A program made the position numbers and the translations under genes. A stretch of DNA of 64,000 nucleotides, taken from contig CAVPJG010000006.1 of assembly GCA_963705205.1 (NCBI GenBank), forward strand, positions 298,125 through 362,124, written 5' to 3'. Below the pieces are notes generated by a model that searched no databases, was not told where the DNA came from, and saw nothing but the letters and a program-made list of their open reading frames with translations. Below, one piece after another: positions 9,414 to 19,092 of the stretch (positions are counted from its first letter, which is position 1; each line of letters starts with the position of its first letter). Source of the DNA: an uncultured Thermoleophilia bacterium (GTDB lineage Bacteria > Actinomycetota > Thermoleophilia > UBA2241).

Positions 9414-9977
9414 ATGTCAGCTGAACTGACCGGCAAACGCATCGCGATCATCGCCACCGACGGCGTGGAGGGCGTGGAGCTCACCAGCCCGCGCGAGGCC
9501 TTGGAGCAGGCGGGAGCCACCGTCGAGCTCCTCGCGCCAGAGGACGGATCCATCCAGCTTTGGGACCACTCCGAGAAGGGCGGCAGGCTGCCCGTCGACA
9601 GGGCGGTCTCGGTAGCTGACCCGCAGGCGTACGACGGCCTCGTGCTGCCCGGAGGCGTCCGCAATGCCGACCACCTGCGCATGGACGCCGCGTCCGTGCG
9701 GTTCGTAGAAACCTTGGCGCGCCGCGGGACCCCGATCGGAGTCATCTGCCACGGCGCCTGGATCCTCATCGAGGCGCGGGCCGTCGGCGGCCGCAAGATC
9801 ACGTCGTACCCCTCGCTGCGGACCGACCTGCAGAACGCCGGCGCGCAGTGGGTCGACCAGGAGGTAGTCAACGACGGCGGCCTGGTCTCGAGCCGGCGCC
9901 CGGACGACCTCCCCGCGTTCAACGCCAAGATCGTCGAGGAGTTCGCCGAGGGCGTGCACGAGCGCAGGGCGGCCTGA
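9414..9977 (+). CDS. DJ-1/PfpI family protein (type-1 glutamine amidotransferase-like)
   Basis: KRIAIIATDGVEGVEL ... GLVLPGG ... IGVICHGAWIL (nucleophile-elbow Cys-His). GGAGG Shine-Dalgarno upstream. Confidence 0.9.
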   Translation: MSAELTGKRIAIIATDGVEGVELTSPREALEQAGATVELLAPEDGSIQLWDHSEKGGRLPVDRAVSVADPQAYDGLVLPGGVRNADHLRMDAASVRFVETLARRGTPIGVICHGAWILIEARAVGGRKITSYPSLRTDLQNAGAQWVDQEVVNDGGLVSSRRPDDLPAFNAKIVEEFAEGVHERRAA

Positions 9978-10018
9978 CGCCACTGCCGTCGCGGGCCGGC
10001 GGCGGACGAGCAGTGACG

Positions 10019-10047
10019 GCGGCGGGGCACGCGCTGCCCCGCCGCCG
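10019..10047 (+). terminator. Hairpin downstream of the DJ-1/PfpI gene (candidate intrinsic terminator)
   Basis: Perfect 12-bp stem ggcggcggggca / tgccccgccgcc with a 5-nt loop, followed by ggtccggTTTg. The T tract is weak. Confidence 0.45.
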
Positions 10048-10320
10048 GTCCGGTTTGTCGGTCGCACGCGCGAGCGCGTCGGCCCTGCCGGCCTACGACA
10101 TCGCGAAGCTCATCGGCGCGGATACGACGCTGCCGCTCGACCTGGTCCACGGCCTGTGGGACGAGATCGCACCGGGCGCCGAGGGGTGGCGCAACCTCGG
10201 CGTCTACGGTCCTGCCGTGCCGCTGCGGGAGGATGCTCCGCTGCAGGAAAGGCTGCTGAGACTCACCGGCCGGCAGCCCACCTGAGCCGCCGGCCCGGGT
10301 CCTTCGGAGCGACCTTCTCC

Positions 10321-10350
10321 TTGACTGGCCGTTCACCGCCCCTCTACACT
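10321..10350 (+). promoter_or_regulatory. Candidate sigma-70-type promoter for the liv operon
   Basis: TTGACT, 18-nt spacer, TACACT, about 85 nt upstream of the SBP start codon. Confidence 0.35.
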
Positions 10351-10433
10351 GCGGCGCTAACGACTGTTGGCCTGCTCGCAGGGGACGGCCGCAGCTCTCG
10401 CGCCAGTTCATACATCCACTGGGGGAGGAAAAC

Positions 10434-11618
10434 GTGGACAAGACCTCAAGAAGGCTCGCTCTAGCGCTCATCGCGGTCCTCGTGCTGACATTCGCGGCGG
10501 TGGCGCTGGCAGCCTGCGGCGGCGACGAGGCCGCGGACGACGGTGGCGGCGAAGCCGCGGCGCCGTTCAAGATCGGCGTGGCCGGCCCGATGACCGGCCA
10601 GTACGCCACCTACGGCACGTCTCACAAGGCCGGCGCCGAGATCGCCATGGAAGAGCTCAACGCCGCCGGCGGCGTCAACGGCGGCGAAGTGTCGATCGCC
10701 ATCGGCGACGACCTCGGCGATCCCAAAGAGGCCGTGCTCGTGGCCCAGAAGTTCATCGACGACTCCGAGATCGTCGCGGTCGACGGCCACCAGTTCTCCG
10801 GCGCCACCATCGCCGCGGCCGGCAAGTACCAGCCCGCGGGCCTCACCATGGTCACGCCGTCGGCCACCCAGCCGGACATCACCGACATGGGCGACTTCAT
10901 CTGGCGCATCTGCATGACCGACGCCGTCCAGGGCAAGGGCCTCGCCGACTACAGCGTCGTGACGCTCGGCCTCAAGAAGGTCGCCATCATGTACGACAAC
11001 TCGGACTACGGCCGCGGTCTCGCCGACGCCTACGACGAGGGCATCAAGGCCGCCGGCGGCACCGTGGTGGCCAAGGAGCAGTACACCACCGGCGACACCG
11101 ACTTCAAGGCCCAGCTCACCAAGATCCAGGGCGCCGGCCCAGAGCTCCTGTTCCTCTCGGGCTATTACCCGGAGGGTTCCAAGATCGCCCAGCAGGCCAA
11201 GGAGCTGGGGATGGACGTGCAGATGCTCGGCTCTGACGGCTATGCGTCGGACGAGCTGCCCAAGCTCGGCGGCGCCGCCGTCGAGGGCATGCTGGTGTCC
11301 ACGTTCTTCGACTACACGAAGGACGATCCGGCCGTGCAGACGTTCGTCGACGCCTACAAGGCGAAGTACGAGGGCGCGAACCCCGACTGGTTCGTCGCCA
11401 ACTCGTACGACGTGTGCATGCTCCTCGCCGCAGCCGCCGAGAAGGCCGGCTCGAACGAGCGCACCGCCATCAACGACGCCCTCGCCGAGATCGGCACCTA
11501 CGAGGGCATCTCCGGTCCCATCACCTTCGACGAGAACGGCGACGTCATCAAGCCGCTCAGCATCGTCATCGTGCAGGACGGTTCGCTGGTGACCGCCCCG
11601 CAGCAGCCGGCGATGTAA
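10434..11618 (+). CDS. Branched-chain amino-acid ABC transporter substrate-binding lipoprotein
   Basis: GTG start after a GGGGGAGG SD. Signal peptide with LAACGG lipobox. LivJ/LivK-like body (FKIGVAGPMTGQYATYG...). Confidence 0.9.
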   Translation: MDKTSRRLALALIAVLVLTFAAVALAACGGDEAADDGGGEAAAPFKIGVAGPMTGQYATYGTSHKAGAEIAMEELNAAGGVNGGEVSIAIGDDLGDPKEAVLVAQKFIDDSEIVAVDGHQFSGATIAAAGKYQPAGLTMVTPSATQPDITDMGDFIWRICMTDAVQGKGLADYSVVTLGLKKVAIMYDNSDYGRGLADAYDEGIKAAGGTVVAKEQYTTGDTDFKAQLTKIQGAGPELLFLSGYYPEGSKIAQQAKELGMDVQMLGSDGYASDELPKLGGAAVEGMLVSTFFDYTKDDPAVQTFVDAYKAKYEGANPDWFVANSYDVCMLLAAAAEKAGSNERTAINDALAEIGTYEGISGPITFDENGDVIKPLSIVIVQDGSLVTAPQQPAM

Positions 11619-11633
11619 GCACAGTGGGATCAA

Positions 11634-11672
11634 GGGCGGCGAGGGGCGAGCACCAGGCTCCCCCCTCGCCGC
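11634..11672 (+). terminator. Intercistronic stem-loop after the SBP gene (attenuating hairpin)
   Basis: 12-bp stem ggcggcgagggg / cccctcgccgcc with a 15-nt loop, placed between the SBP and permease genes. Confidence 0.4.
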
Positions 11673-11714
11673 CCCGCCTCATCGACAGGGCAACGCAGCG
11701 ACTCTGAGGTTCTC

Positions 11715-12653
11715 GTGAGCGAACTCTCCCAGCAACTCGTCAACGGCCTGATGATCGGCTGCCTCTACGCCCTGATCGCCGTCGGCTACACGATGGTGTA
11801 CGGCATCATCGAGCTCATCAACTTCGCCTTCGGCGAGCTCTTCATGTTCGGCGCCTTCATCACCATCATGATGATGTCGGATGAGATGTCCCTGTTCGGC
11901 CAGACCGTGAACATGCCGGGGCTGAACTTCTTCGTCGCCATCCTCATCGCCATGGTGGCCGTGGGCGTGATGGGCGTCGTCATCGAGCGCCTCGCCTACA
12001 GGCCGCTGCGCAACGCGCCCCGTCTGGCGGCGCTCATCTCCGCGATCGGCGTCTCCATCCTTCTGCAGAACGTGGCCCAGAGCATCTTCGGCTCGCAGCA
12101 GGTGAAGTTCCCCGACATCCCGCTGTTCACCACTGCCGCAGGGGCCCCGAAGGCCTTTGAAGTCGCCAGCGTCCAGATCACGTACTTCCAGGTCTTCGTC
12201 GTGGTCGTCACGGTGATCGCGATGCTGCTGCTCAACCTCTACGTCAAGCGCACCCGCATGGGCCGCGCCATGCGCGCCTCCGCCCAGGACAAGAGCACGT
12301 CGGCGCTCATGGGCGTCAACGTGAACAAGGTGATCGCGCTGACCTTCCTCATCGGGTCGGCTATGGGCGCGCTCGCCGGCGGCCTCTACGGCGGTGTCTA
12401 CCACGCTGCGTGGCCGCTGATGGGCTTCAACCCCGGCCTCAAGGCGTTCATCGCCGCCGTGCTCGGCGGCATCGGCAACATCCCCGGCGCGTTTCTCGGC
12501 GGCCTGCTCCTCGGCGTCATCGAGGCGCTGGCGTCGGCCTACCTCCCGATGGGATCCCAGTACCGCGACGCCTTCGCGTTCGTGATCCTCATCCTCATCC
12601 TGTCGTTCAAGCCATCCGGGCTGCTCGGCTCGACGATCTCGCAGAAGGCCTAG
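11715..12653 (+). CDS. livH: Branched-chain amino-acid ABC transporter permease
   Basis: 312 aa, LivH-like (LVNGLMIGCLYALIAVGYTMVYG...). Confidence 0.9.
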   Translation: MSELSQQLVNGLMIGCLYALIAVGYTMVYGIIELINFAFGELFMFGAFITIMMMSDEMSLFGQTVNMPGLNFFVAILIAMVAVGVMGVVIERLAYRPLRNAPRLAALISAIGVSILLQNVAQSIFGSQQVKFPDIPLFTTAAGAPKAFEVASVQITYFQVFVVVVTVIAMLLLNLYVKRTRMGRAMRASAQDKSTSALMGVNVNKVIALTFLIGSAMGALAGGLYGGVYHAAWPLMGFNPGLKAFIAAVLGGIGNIPGAFLGGLLLGVIEALASAYLPMGSQYRDAFAFVILILILSFKPSGLLGSTISQKA

Positions 12654-12654
12654 G

Positions 12655-13797
12655 ATGAGCGAGCGACCACCGAACGACGACGCCAACGGCAGCGGACCCA
12701 CGCGCCTGCAGACGCGGCTCAATCCCATCGCCTCGGCCCTGACCGGGGACGGTACCCCACGCTGGCAGCGCTTGCTGCTGCTCGGCCTCCTCGCGCTGGC
12801 CATCGTCCTGCCGTTCCTCGTCGGCTCCAACCGCTGGATCACGCTGATGACGGTCGTCGTCATCTACGTCGTGCTGGCCTCCGGCCTCAACATCGTCGTC
12901 GGCTTCACGGGTCTGCTCGACCTCGGTTACGTCGCCTTCTATGCGATCGGCGCCTACTACACGGCGATCATCTTCAACCAGGTGCTCAAGGCGAAGTTCG
13001 GCGTCGACGTCGACGACTACTGGTGGCTCACGTGGGTCAACTTCGTCGTCGGCGGCCTGATGGCGGCAGTGGCCGGCGTGCTCATCGGCTACCCTACGCT
13101 GCGCGTGCGCGGCGACTACCTCGCGATCATGACGCTGGGCTTCGGCGAGATCATCCGCATCGTCGCCAACAACTGGGTCGGCCTGACGCGCGGTCCCTCG
13201 GGCATCCCGGGCATCCCCAAGCCTGAGTTCTTCGGCTTCGCATTCAGCACGCAGATCAGCCTTTACTTCCTCGGACTCGCGCTCGCGCTCATCTGCCTGT
13301 GGACGATCTCCCGCATCGTGCGCTCGCGCATCGGCCGCGCCTGGACCGCGATCCGCGAGGACGAGGTCGCGGCCGAGGCGATGGGCATCCACACGTCGCG
13401 CTACAAGCTCCTCTCCTACGCGACAGGCGCTTTCTTCGCCGGCGCGATGGGCGTGTTCTTCGGCCACTACCTCAACTACATCTCACCGAGCAGCTTCATG
13501 CTCATGGAGTCGTTCCTCATCCTGAGCCTGGTGGTCCTCGGCGGCATGGGCAACATCGCCGGACCGGTGCTGGGCGCGGTGATCTGGGTCGGGCTGCAGG
13601 AGTGGCTGCGCGATTTCACCTTCATCCAGACGCACCCCGAGACCCGCGGCATCGCCATGGGGCTCATCCTCGTTCTTCTGATGGTGTTCCGGCCACAGGG
13701 TCTGCTCGGGTCCCTCCGAGTCAAGCTCGAGATGAAACCGCAGAGCAAGGCCGAGGCCGATCACGAACGGCAGGTGTGGTCCGATGCCGGCCACTAG
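12655..13797 (+). CDS. livM: Branched-chain amino-acid ABC transporter permease
   Basis: 380 aa, LivM-like (GLLDLGYVAFYAIGAY ... GDYLAIMTLGFGEI). Confidence 0.9.
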   Translation: MSERPPNDDANGSGPTRLQTRLNPIASALTGDGTPRWQRLLLLGLLALAIVLPFLVGSNRWITLMTVVVIYVVLASGLNIVVGFTGLLDLGYVAFYAIGAYYTAIIFNQVLKAKFGVDVDDYWWLTWVNFVVGGLMAAVAGVLIGYPTLRVRGDYLAIMTLGFGEIIRIVANNWVGLTRGPSGIPGIPKPEFFGFAFSTQISLYFLGLALALICLWTISRIVRSRIGRAWTAIREDEVAAEAMGIHTSRYKLLSYATGAFFAGAMGVFFGHYLNYISPSSFMLMESFLILSLVVLGGMGNIAGPVLGAVIWVGLQEWLRDFTFIQTHPETRGIAMGLILVLLMVFRPQGLLGSLRVKLEMKPQSKAEADHERQVWSDAGH

Positions 13798-14602
13798 CGA
13801 CGGCGCGGTGGCGGTCGCACCCGCCGCGGACGCGCGACACGAGCGCGTCCTCGAGACGGTGCAGCTGGTCAAGGCCTTCGGAGGCCTCATCGCGGTGAAC
13901 AAGGTCGACTTCCACGCGAGCGAGAACGAGATCGTCGGCCTCATCGGCCCCAACGGCGCCGGCAAGACGACGCTCTTCAACGCGATCACCGGCGTCTACC
14001 CGCCCACCTCCGGCACGATCACGTTCAACGGTCGCGCCATCGCCGGCATGTTGCCCTCCAAGGTCACCAAGCTCGGCATCGCGCGCACGTTCCAGAACAT
14101 CCGCCTGTTCAGCGAGATGACGGCGCTCGAGAACGTCATGGTCGGTCAGCACTGCCGCTCGCACACGAACATGCTGCGGGTCATCGTGCGCACCCCCGGG
14201 GCGATGCGCGCGGAGCAGGCGGTCCGCGACAAGAGCATGGAACTGCTCGACTACGTCGGCCTCGGCGGGCACGGGACGGAGCTCGCCAAGAACCTGCCTT
14301 ACGGCTCGCAGCGACGACTCGAGATCGCCCGGGCGCTGGCCACCGAACCGGTACTGCTCTTCCTGGACGAACCGGCGGCCGGCATGAACCCGCAGGAGAC
14401 CGCCTCGCTCATGGGCCTGATCCGCCGGATCCGCGACGAAGGGATGACGATCATCCTCATCGAGCACGACATGAAGGTGGTCATGGGCAGCTCCGACCGC
14501 GTCGTGGTGCTGGACCACGGCGAGAAGATCGCCGAAGGCCCACCGGACAAGGTGCGCAGCGACCCCAAGGTGATCGAGGCCTACCTCGGGAAGGGCGCCT
14601 GA
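13784..14602 (+). CDS. livG: Branched-chain amino-acid ABC transporter ATP-binding protein
   Basis: Walker A GPNGAGKTT, signature YGSQRRLEIARAL, Walker B LLFLDEP. Confidence 0.9.
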   Translation: MPATSDGAVAVAPAADARHERVLETVQLVKAFGGLIAVNKVDFHASENEIVGLIGPNGAGKTTLFNAITGVYPPTSGTITFNGRAIAGMLPSKVTKLGIARTFQNIRLFSEMTALENVMVGQHCRSHTNMLRVIVRTPGAMRAEQAVRDKSMELLDYVGLGGHGTELAKNLPYGSQRRLEIARALATEPVLLFLDEPAAGMNPQETASLMGLIRRIRDEGMTIILIEHDMKVVMGSSDRVVVLDHGEKIAEGPPDKVRSDPKVIEAYLGKGA

Positions 14603-15348
14603 TGGCCGCCGTCCCGCCGCATGCGCCCCCGGCGGCCGCCGTGCTGCTCGAGGTGCTCGACATCCACGTCTTCTACGGCAACATCGAGGCGATCAAAGGC
14701 GTGTCCCTCGAGATCCGCGAGGGCGAGATCGTCACGCTCATCGGCGCGAACGGCGCCGGCAAGACGACGACGCTCAACGCCATCTCGGGCCTGCTGCGCC
14801 CGCGAAGCGGCTCCATCAACTACCAGGGGCAGGCCCTCGCCGGCGTGCCGGCCTACGAGGTCGTCACCAGGGGGCTCTCGCAGTCTCCGGAGGGTCGCAA
14901 GATCTTCCCGCGGATGTCCGTGCGCGAGAACCTCGAGATGGGCGCGTTCTCGCGTCCCCGGGAGGACCTCAAGGCGGACTTCGAGCGCGTGTTCGACCTC
15001 TTCCCCGTGCTCAGGGAGCGTGAGTCCCAGCCCGGCGGGACGCTGTCCGGCGGGGAACAGCAGATGCTCGCGATGGGCCGCGCTCTCATGGCCGGCCCGA
15101 AGCTCCTGATGCTCGATGAGCCCTCGATGGGCCTGGCGCCGATGCTCGTCGAGAGGATCTTCGACATCGTCAAGGAGATCAACGCCCAAGGCACGACGAT
15201 CCTCCTCGTCGAACAGAACGCCCACGTGGCGCTTGAGATCTCCGATCGCGGCTACGTGCTCGAGACCGGGCGCGTCACGCTGGCGGAGGACGCCTCGGCG
15301 CTGCTCAGGAACCCCCACGTGCGGGAAGCCTACCTCGGCGCCGATTGA
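14602..15348 (+). CDS. livF: Branched-chain amino-acid ABC transporter ATP-binding protein
   Basis: Walker A GANGAGKTT, signature LSGGEQQMLAMGRAL, Walker B LLMLDEP. The start overlaps the livG stop. Confidence 0.9.
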   Translation: MAAVPPHAPPAAAVLLEVLDIHVFYGNIEAIKGVSLEIREGEIVTLIGANGAGKTTTLNAISGLLRPRSGSINYQGQALAGVPAYEVVTRGLSQSPEGRKIFPRMSVRENLEMGAFSRPREDLKADFERVFDLFPVLRERESQPGGTLSGGEQQMLAMGRALMAGPKLLMLDEPSMGLAPMLVERIFDIVKEINAQGTTILLVEQNAHVALEISDRGYVLETGRVTLAEDASALLRNPHVREAYLGAD

Positions 15349-15397
15349 CGTTTGCTGACGGCGGCTGCACGCGGGCAGCCGGCCGTGTGGCGCCGCG

Positions 15398-16396
15398 TCA
15401 CCTGATCCTGAAGGTCACCCACCGGCTCCGCGCCGCCGTGCTCGCCGGCGAGGCCGCCAGGGAGGCGGCAGCGCGATAGGCGCCCCGGCGCGGCGGCGTG
15501 TACGACCAGCCGAAGACGCCCGCCGCCGAGGTGTCGCGAGTGACCGTCCTGATCGTCCTCCAGACGCCTCCGCGTCGCTGCTGGACGGAGATGGCCAGCT
15601 TCGTACCGCCCGGGCCAGGCGGCTGCAGCATGCCGCTGAGGCGGACCCGCCGCCCGATCGTCTGGAGCGCGGGGCCGGCCTTCAGCGCGAGAGCCGACAC
15701 GACCGTCACGGTGAAGGCGTCGGGGCCGGCGGCTCTGCCGCCGCGACTGATGACCGCGACGGGGCCGGAGGTCGCGCCCGGCGGCACCAGGGCGGTGATC
15801 CGCGCATCGGAGTCGATCGCGAACACCGCCAGGACGCCGTTGAAGCTGACGGCGGTCGCGCCGGTGAAGCGGCTGCCGGCCAGCGTGACCTGGGCGCCCG
15901 GCAACCCGAACGCCGGCGTCACCGCCGTGACCCGCGGCGGCGCCACCGTATGATGCGCGCTGCCCGCGCCGTCGCTCGGCGACGCGGAGACGGGGTGACA
16001 CGAGGTACAGGCGGCCGACCTGCCGGCGTGTACCTGGTGCGTGACGACCGCGCCGTCGTGCAGGTGGCACGCCGTGGTGCACGCCGCGTCGACGCGGGAT
16101 GAGCTCATGTCCTGGCCGGGAGCGTGGCAGGTCCAGCAGGTGAGATCGGTGTCCGGCACCTGGAAGCCGGCGTGGCAGCCGACGCAGTGCTCGTTGGTCG
16201 GCGTCCACCAGGTGTGCGCGTTGACGTGACACGTCTCGCAATCCTCGACGGCGATGCCGCCGTGGACGTAGGCGGGACGGGCGTGCGCGCCCCGCGGAGC
16301 GGCGGCCGTGAGGAGCGCGACGACCGCGGCGACCACCAGGGCGGCCGCGGCGATGCGGGACCGTCGACCGTTGTCCCGCCGGCGCTTGCGACCCAT
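15398..16396 (-). CDS. Secreted multihaem c-type cytochrome fused to an IPT/TIG-like domain and a C-terminal beta-sandwich tail
   Basis: ATG at 16396 follows a GGGAGGGG SD. Signal/anchor RIAAAALVVAAVVALL. Haem motifs CETCH, CVGCH, CWTCH and CTSCH plus one CX3CH (CTTACH). Then PRVTAVTPAFGLPGAQVTLAGSRFTGA (IPT/TIG-like). Confidence 0.8.
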   Translation of the reverse strand: MGRKRRRDNGRRSRIAAAALVVAAVVALLTAAAPRGAHARPAYVHGGIAVEDCETCHVNAHTWWTPTNEHCVGCHAGFQVPDTDLTCWTCHAPGQDMSSSRVDAACTTACHLHDGAVVTHQVHAGRSAACTSCHPVSASPSDGAGSAHHTVAPPRVTAVTPAFGLPGAQVTLAGSRFTGATAVSFNGVLAVFAIDSDARITALVPPGATSGPVAVISRGGRAAGPDAFTVTVVSALALKAGPALQTIGRRVRLSGMLQPPGPGGTKLAISVQQRRGGVWRTIRTVTRDTSAAGVFGWSYTPPRRGAYRAAASLAASPASTAARSRWVTFRIR

Positions 16397-16520
16397 CGAT
16401 CCCCTCCCGTCCGCCCGCATGCATGAAGATGTCGGGGCCGCGGCGGACGTATGTCCGCCGCGGCCCCGTCTGGTCACCCGGCTTCTGCGCCGGGCACTGC
16501 GACGAAAGGGATGCCGGTGA

Positions 16521-18752
16521 CTACCGGATCCTGATCGTCATGTAGGCGCTGTACTTGAAGGTGGACGGAGCGCTCGAGCGCACCCACCTGACCCTGTAGT
16601 TCTTGTAGGTCTTCGAGACCTTGAACGTGAACGCGAAGTTGCCGCTCGCGTCCGACAGGGTCGTGCGGAGGAGCTTGGAGCCTCTCATGAGCTGGACCTT
16701 GGCGCCGGCCGCAGCCGAGTTGTTGCCGTTGACGATCCGGCCGACGACGTGGGCGTTGGCGCCCTTGTCGACGGGCGTCTTGGCGGCGGCGTGCATGAAC
16801 CTGCCGCCGACCGACTTCGCCATCTGCTCGGCCTTGACCAGGCCGGCCATGATGTACGGCGGGTTGTGGACGCCCTCGGAGGCATCGTTCTCGAACACCT
16901 TGTAGTTCCACGTCGCGCGGCCGACGAGCACGTAGCCGGGCTTGGCGGTGTTGGTGGCGGAGAACTCGCTCTTGGTCTTGGCCTTCTCGATCGCCGCGGC
17001 GACCTTGGCGGCCCGGGCCTCGGCAGCCTCCTGCCACTCGTCGACCTCAGCCTGCAGCTCGCTGCGGGACTGACTCGGGTGACAGCCCGTGCAGGAGTCC
17101 TCGCCCTGGTACGCGGCGCCCGCCATGCCGTTCCACCGCTCGGCGTCGCCCGGCAGCATCGGCTTCATGCCGTGCGAGACGCGGGTGGCGGCCTTGTTGG
17201 TCTTGGGCATGTGGCAGTCTTCGCACTCGGCGCCGGGCATGAACTCGGTGCCCTGAGCGACGTCCATCATCGCGCTGCGACCGTGGAGGGTCTCACGCTG
17301 CGGGTGGCTCGGGCTGCCGTGGGCGGTGAGGTCGGCCATGGGGGCCGGGTTCGGCTTCTGGCCGGTGACCTCGACCTGCCAGTTGTGGCAGTCCTCGCAG
17401 ATGCTGGCGTTGTCCACGCTCAGGCCCTTGGCGCTGCGCTCCCCTGCCTTGTCCGGGTCACGCACGACGTCGGCGGCGCCGACGCCCGACGGATGCCCGT
17501 TATGGCAGGTCGCGCACTCCTGGCCCATCTTACCGACGTTGTCCTTGGTCAGGACGAGATCCGCGGCGAGCCCGGAGCCCTTCGACTGCAGGTACCCCTC
17601 GCCGGTGTGGCACTTGTAGCAGCCGGCGGTGAGGTTGGGGTCGAAGTTGTTCGAGTAGTGGCCGTTGCCGGCAGCCTGGAAGGCCATCGCGTCCGGATCG
17701 TCCTTGGTGAGAGCGGAACGATACGAATGCCCCGAGGCGGCCCACTCGTTGTAGTAGTAGTGGTTGCCCTTGGCGTTGCTCCCGTTGGGGAACATCCAGT
17801 ACGCCGCCGGGCTGGCGGCGAACTCTTCCTCGGTCGGGATCTTGGTGTACGACTGGCCGCCACTCACGCCGTTGACGTCGACGAAGTCGCGCATCGCGAG
17901 GTTCGTCGTGTAGCCGTAGATGCCCATCGTGCCGTCGACGTTGGTGAAGCTGCCGTGGCACTGGCCGCACACCTGCGACTGGCCGAGGACGTCGATGCCG
18001 GCGGAAACGACGACGCCGGTGTTGGCGTGCCCGGACGCGGACGCCTGGCCCGTGCCGTGGCACTGCTCGCACTGGATGCCGAGGCCCGGCGTGGAGACGT
18101 TGGCGTCGGTCATGAATTCCTCGACCGTCGCGTTCTCGTCACGGGCCCACTGACGCGCGGTGCCCGGGCTCGGCGAGATGGACGCCGCGGGGTTCGGGAC
18201 GACGCCGGTGCCCGGCACGGTGCTGCCCAGCATGTGGCAGCGCTGGCAGGCGTAGCTCTCGTCGAAGAGGCCGGTGCCGGGATCCTCCGCGGCGACCATC
18301 CACTCGCCGCCGTGGGCAGGCTCCCACATGAGGCCCTCGACAAGGTTCCACGGCATCACGGTCGGGTCGCTGGCACCCCTGAAGAAGAGGTACTCGGTCG
18401 CCGAGTTGCCCGTCTCGCTGGAGTCACCGAGGGTGATCCAGTCGAGACCGGTGATGCTGTAGCTGCCGCCGGCCTCGTACATGCTCTGGCCTTCTCCGGC
18501 CACTGGCGCGACGGCGCCGGCGCCCTGGAAGGCCGTCCAGCCTTCGGGGACGGCAGGCAGGATGCCCGACGTCGCGAAGCGGCCGTGGAGCGCCAGCTGA
18601 TCCGGAAGGATGCCGCCATGACAGGTCAGACACTGCTGCTGACCCGCATAGTGCATCCCGTATTCGTTGACGAGCGTCGCGGACGCCAGGGCGGGCAACA
18701 GAAGCATGCACGCAATGGCGACCGCGGTCAGAATCGAGACTTTCTTCCCCAT
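16521..18752 (-). CDS. Secreted nonahaem c-type cytochrome (NrfA/octahaem-family-like) with C-terminal carboxypeptidase-regulatory-like domain
   Basis: ATG at 18752 follows a GGAGGAG SD. Signal peptide MGKKVSILTAVAIACMLLLPALASA. Nine CXXCH motifs: CLTCH, CQRCH, CEQCH, CGQCH, CYKCH, CATCH, CEDCH, CEDCH(MPK), CTGCH. Confidence 0.85.
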   Translation of the reverse strand: MGKKVSILTAVAIACMLLLPALASATLVNEYGMHYAGQQQCLTCHGGILPDQLALHGRFATSGILPAVPEGWTAFQGAGAVAPVAGEGQSMYEAGGSYSITGLDWITLGDSSETGNSATEYLFFRGASDPTVMPWNLVEGLMWEPAHGGEWMVAAEDPGTGLFDESYACQRCHMLGSTVPGTGVVPNPAASISPSPGTARQWARDENATVEEFMTDANVSTPGLGIQCEQCHGTGQASASGHANTGVVVSAGIDVLGQSQVCGQCHGSFTNVDGTMGIYGYTTNLAMRDFVDVNGVSGGQSYTKIPTEEEFAASPAAYWMFPNGSNAKGNHYYYNEWAASGHSYRSALTKDDPDAMAFQAAGNGHYSNNFDPNLTAGCYKCHTGEGYLQSKGSGLAADLVLTKDNVGKMGQECATCHNGHPSGVGAADVVRDPDKAGERSAKGLSVDNASICEDCHNWQVEVTGQKPNPAPMADLTAHGSPSHPQRETLHGRSAMMDVAQGTEFMPGAECEDCHMPKTNKAATRVSHGMKPMLPGDAERWNGMAGAAYQGEDSCTGCHPSQSRSELQAEVDEWQEAAEARAAKVAAAIEKAKTKSEFSATNTAKPGYVLVGRATWNYKVFENDASEGVHNPPYIMAGLVKAEQMAKSVGGRFMHAAAKTPVDKGANAHVVGRIVNGNNSAAAGAKVQLMRGSKLLRTTLSDASGNFAFTFKVSKTYKNYRVRWVRSSAPSTFKYSAYMTIRIR

Positions 18753-19092
18753 AGCTCCTCCGTACTGGTGACACAGCAGAGTGGTTCGGCCTCCACACAC
18801 CCCCTTGCCCTGATTGACGGGACGGCGTCGACGAGACGCGGGAAACGGGGCCCAGTCACGGAGCGCGGGCGCTCGAATACAGCGGACCGCAAGGCGGCCC
18901 CGGGCTTCTGCCGCAGGAGTGCTCCCTCCGTGAGCGAGGCCGGTCCCCAAACCCCCGGCGACACTCGGCAAGCAGTCTAGGGTGAACTACGTAGACTTAC
19001 AAGCGGAAAAGCTGCAGTTCCCCTGCGGGGTTCTGCCGACATGGAGCGCCGACTCGCGGACTACGGGGCGACCGGGCGCGGCCGGACCGGCG

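Noticed and set aside
10060-10285. A protein-like stretch (…LPAYDIAKLIGADTTLPLDLVHGLWDEIAPGAEGW…) in the 450-bp spacer before the liv operon.
   Set aside because: It is part of an ORF whose upstream half overlaps the DJ-1 gene out of frame. There is no convincing start or SD and no recognisable family. It may be a relic.
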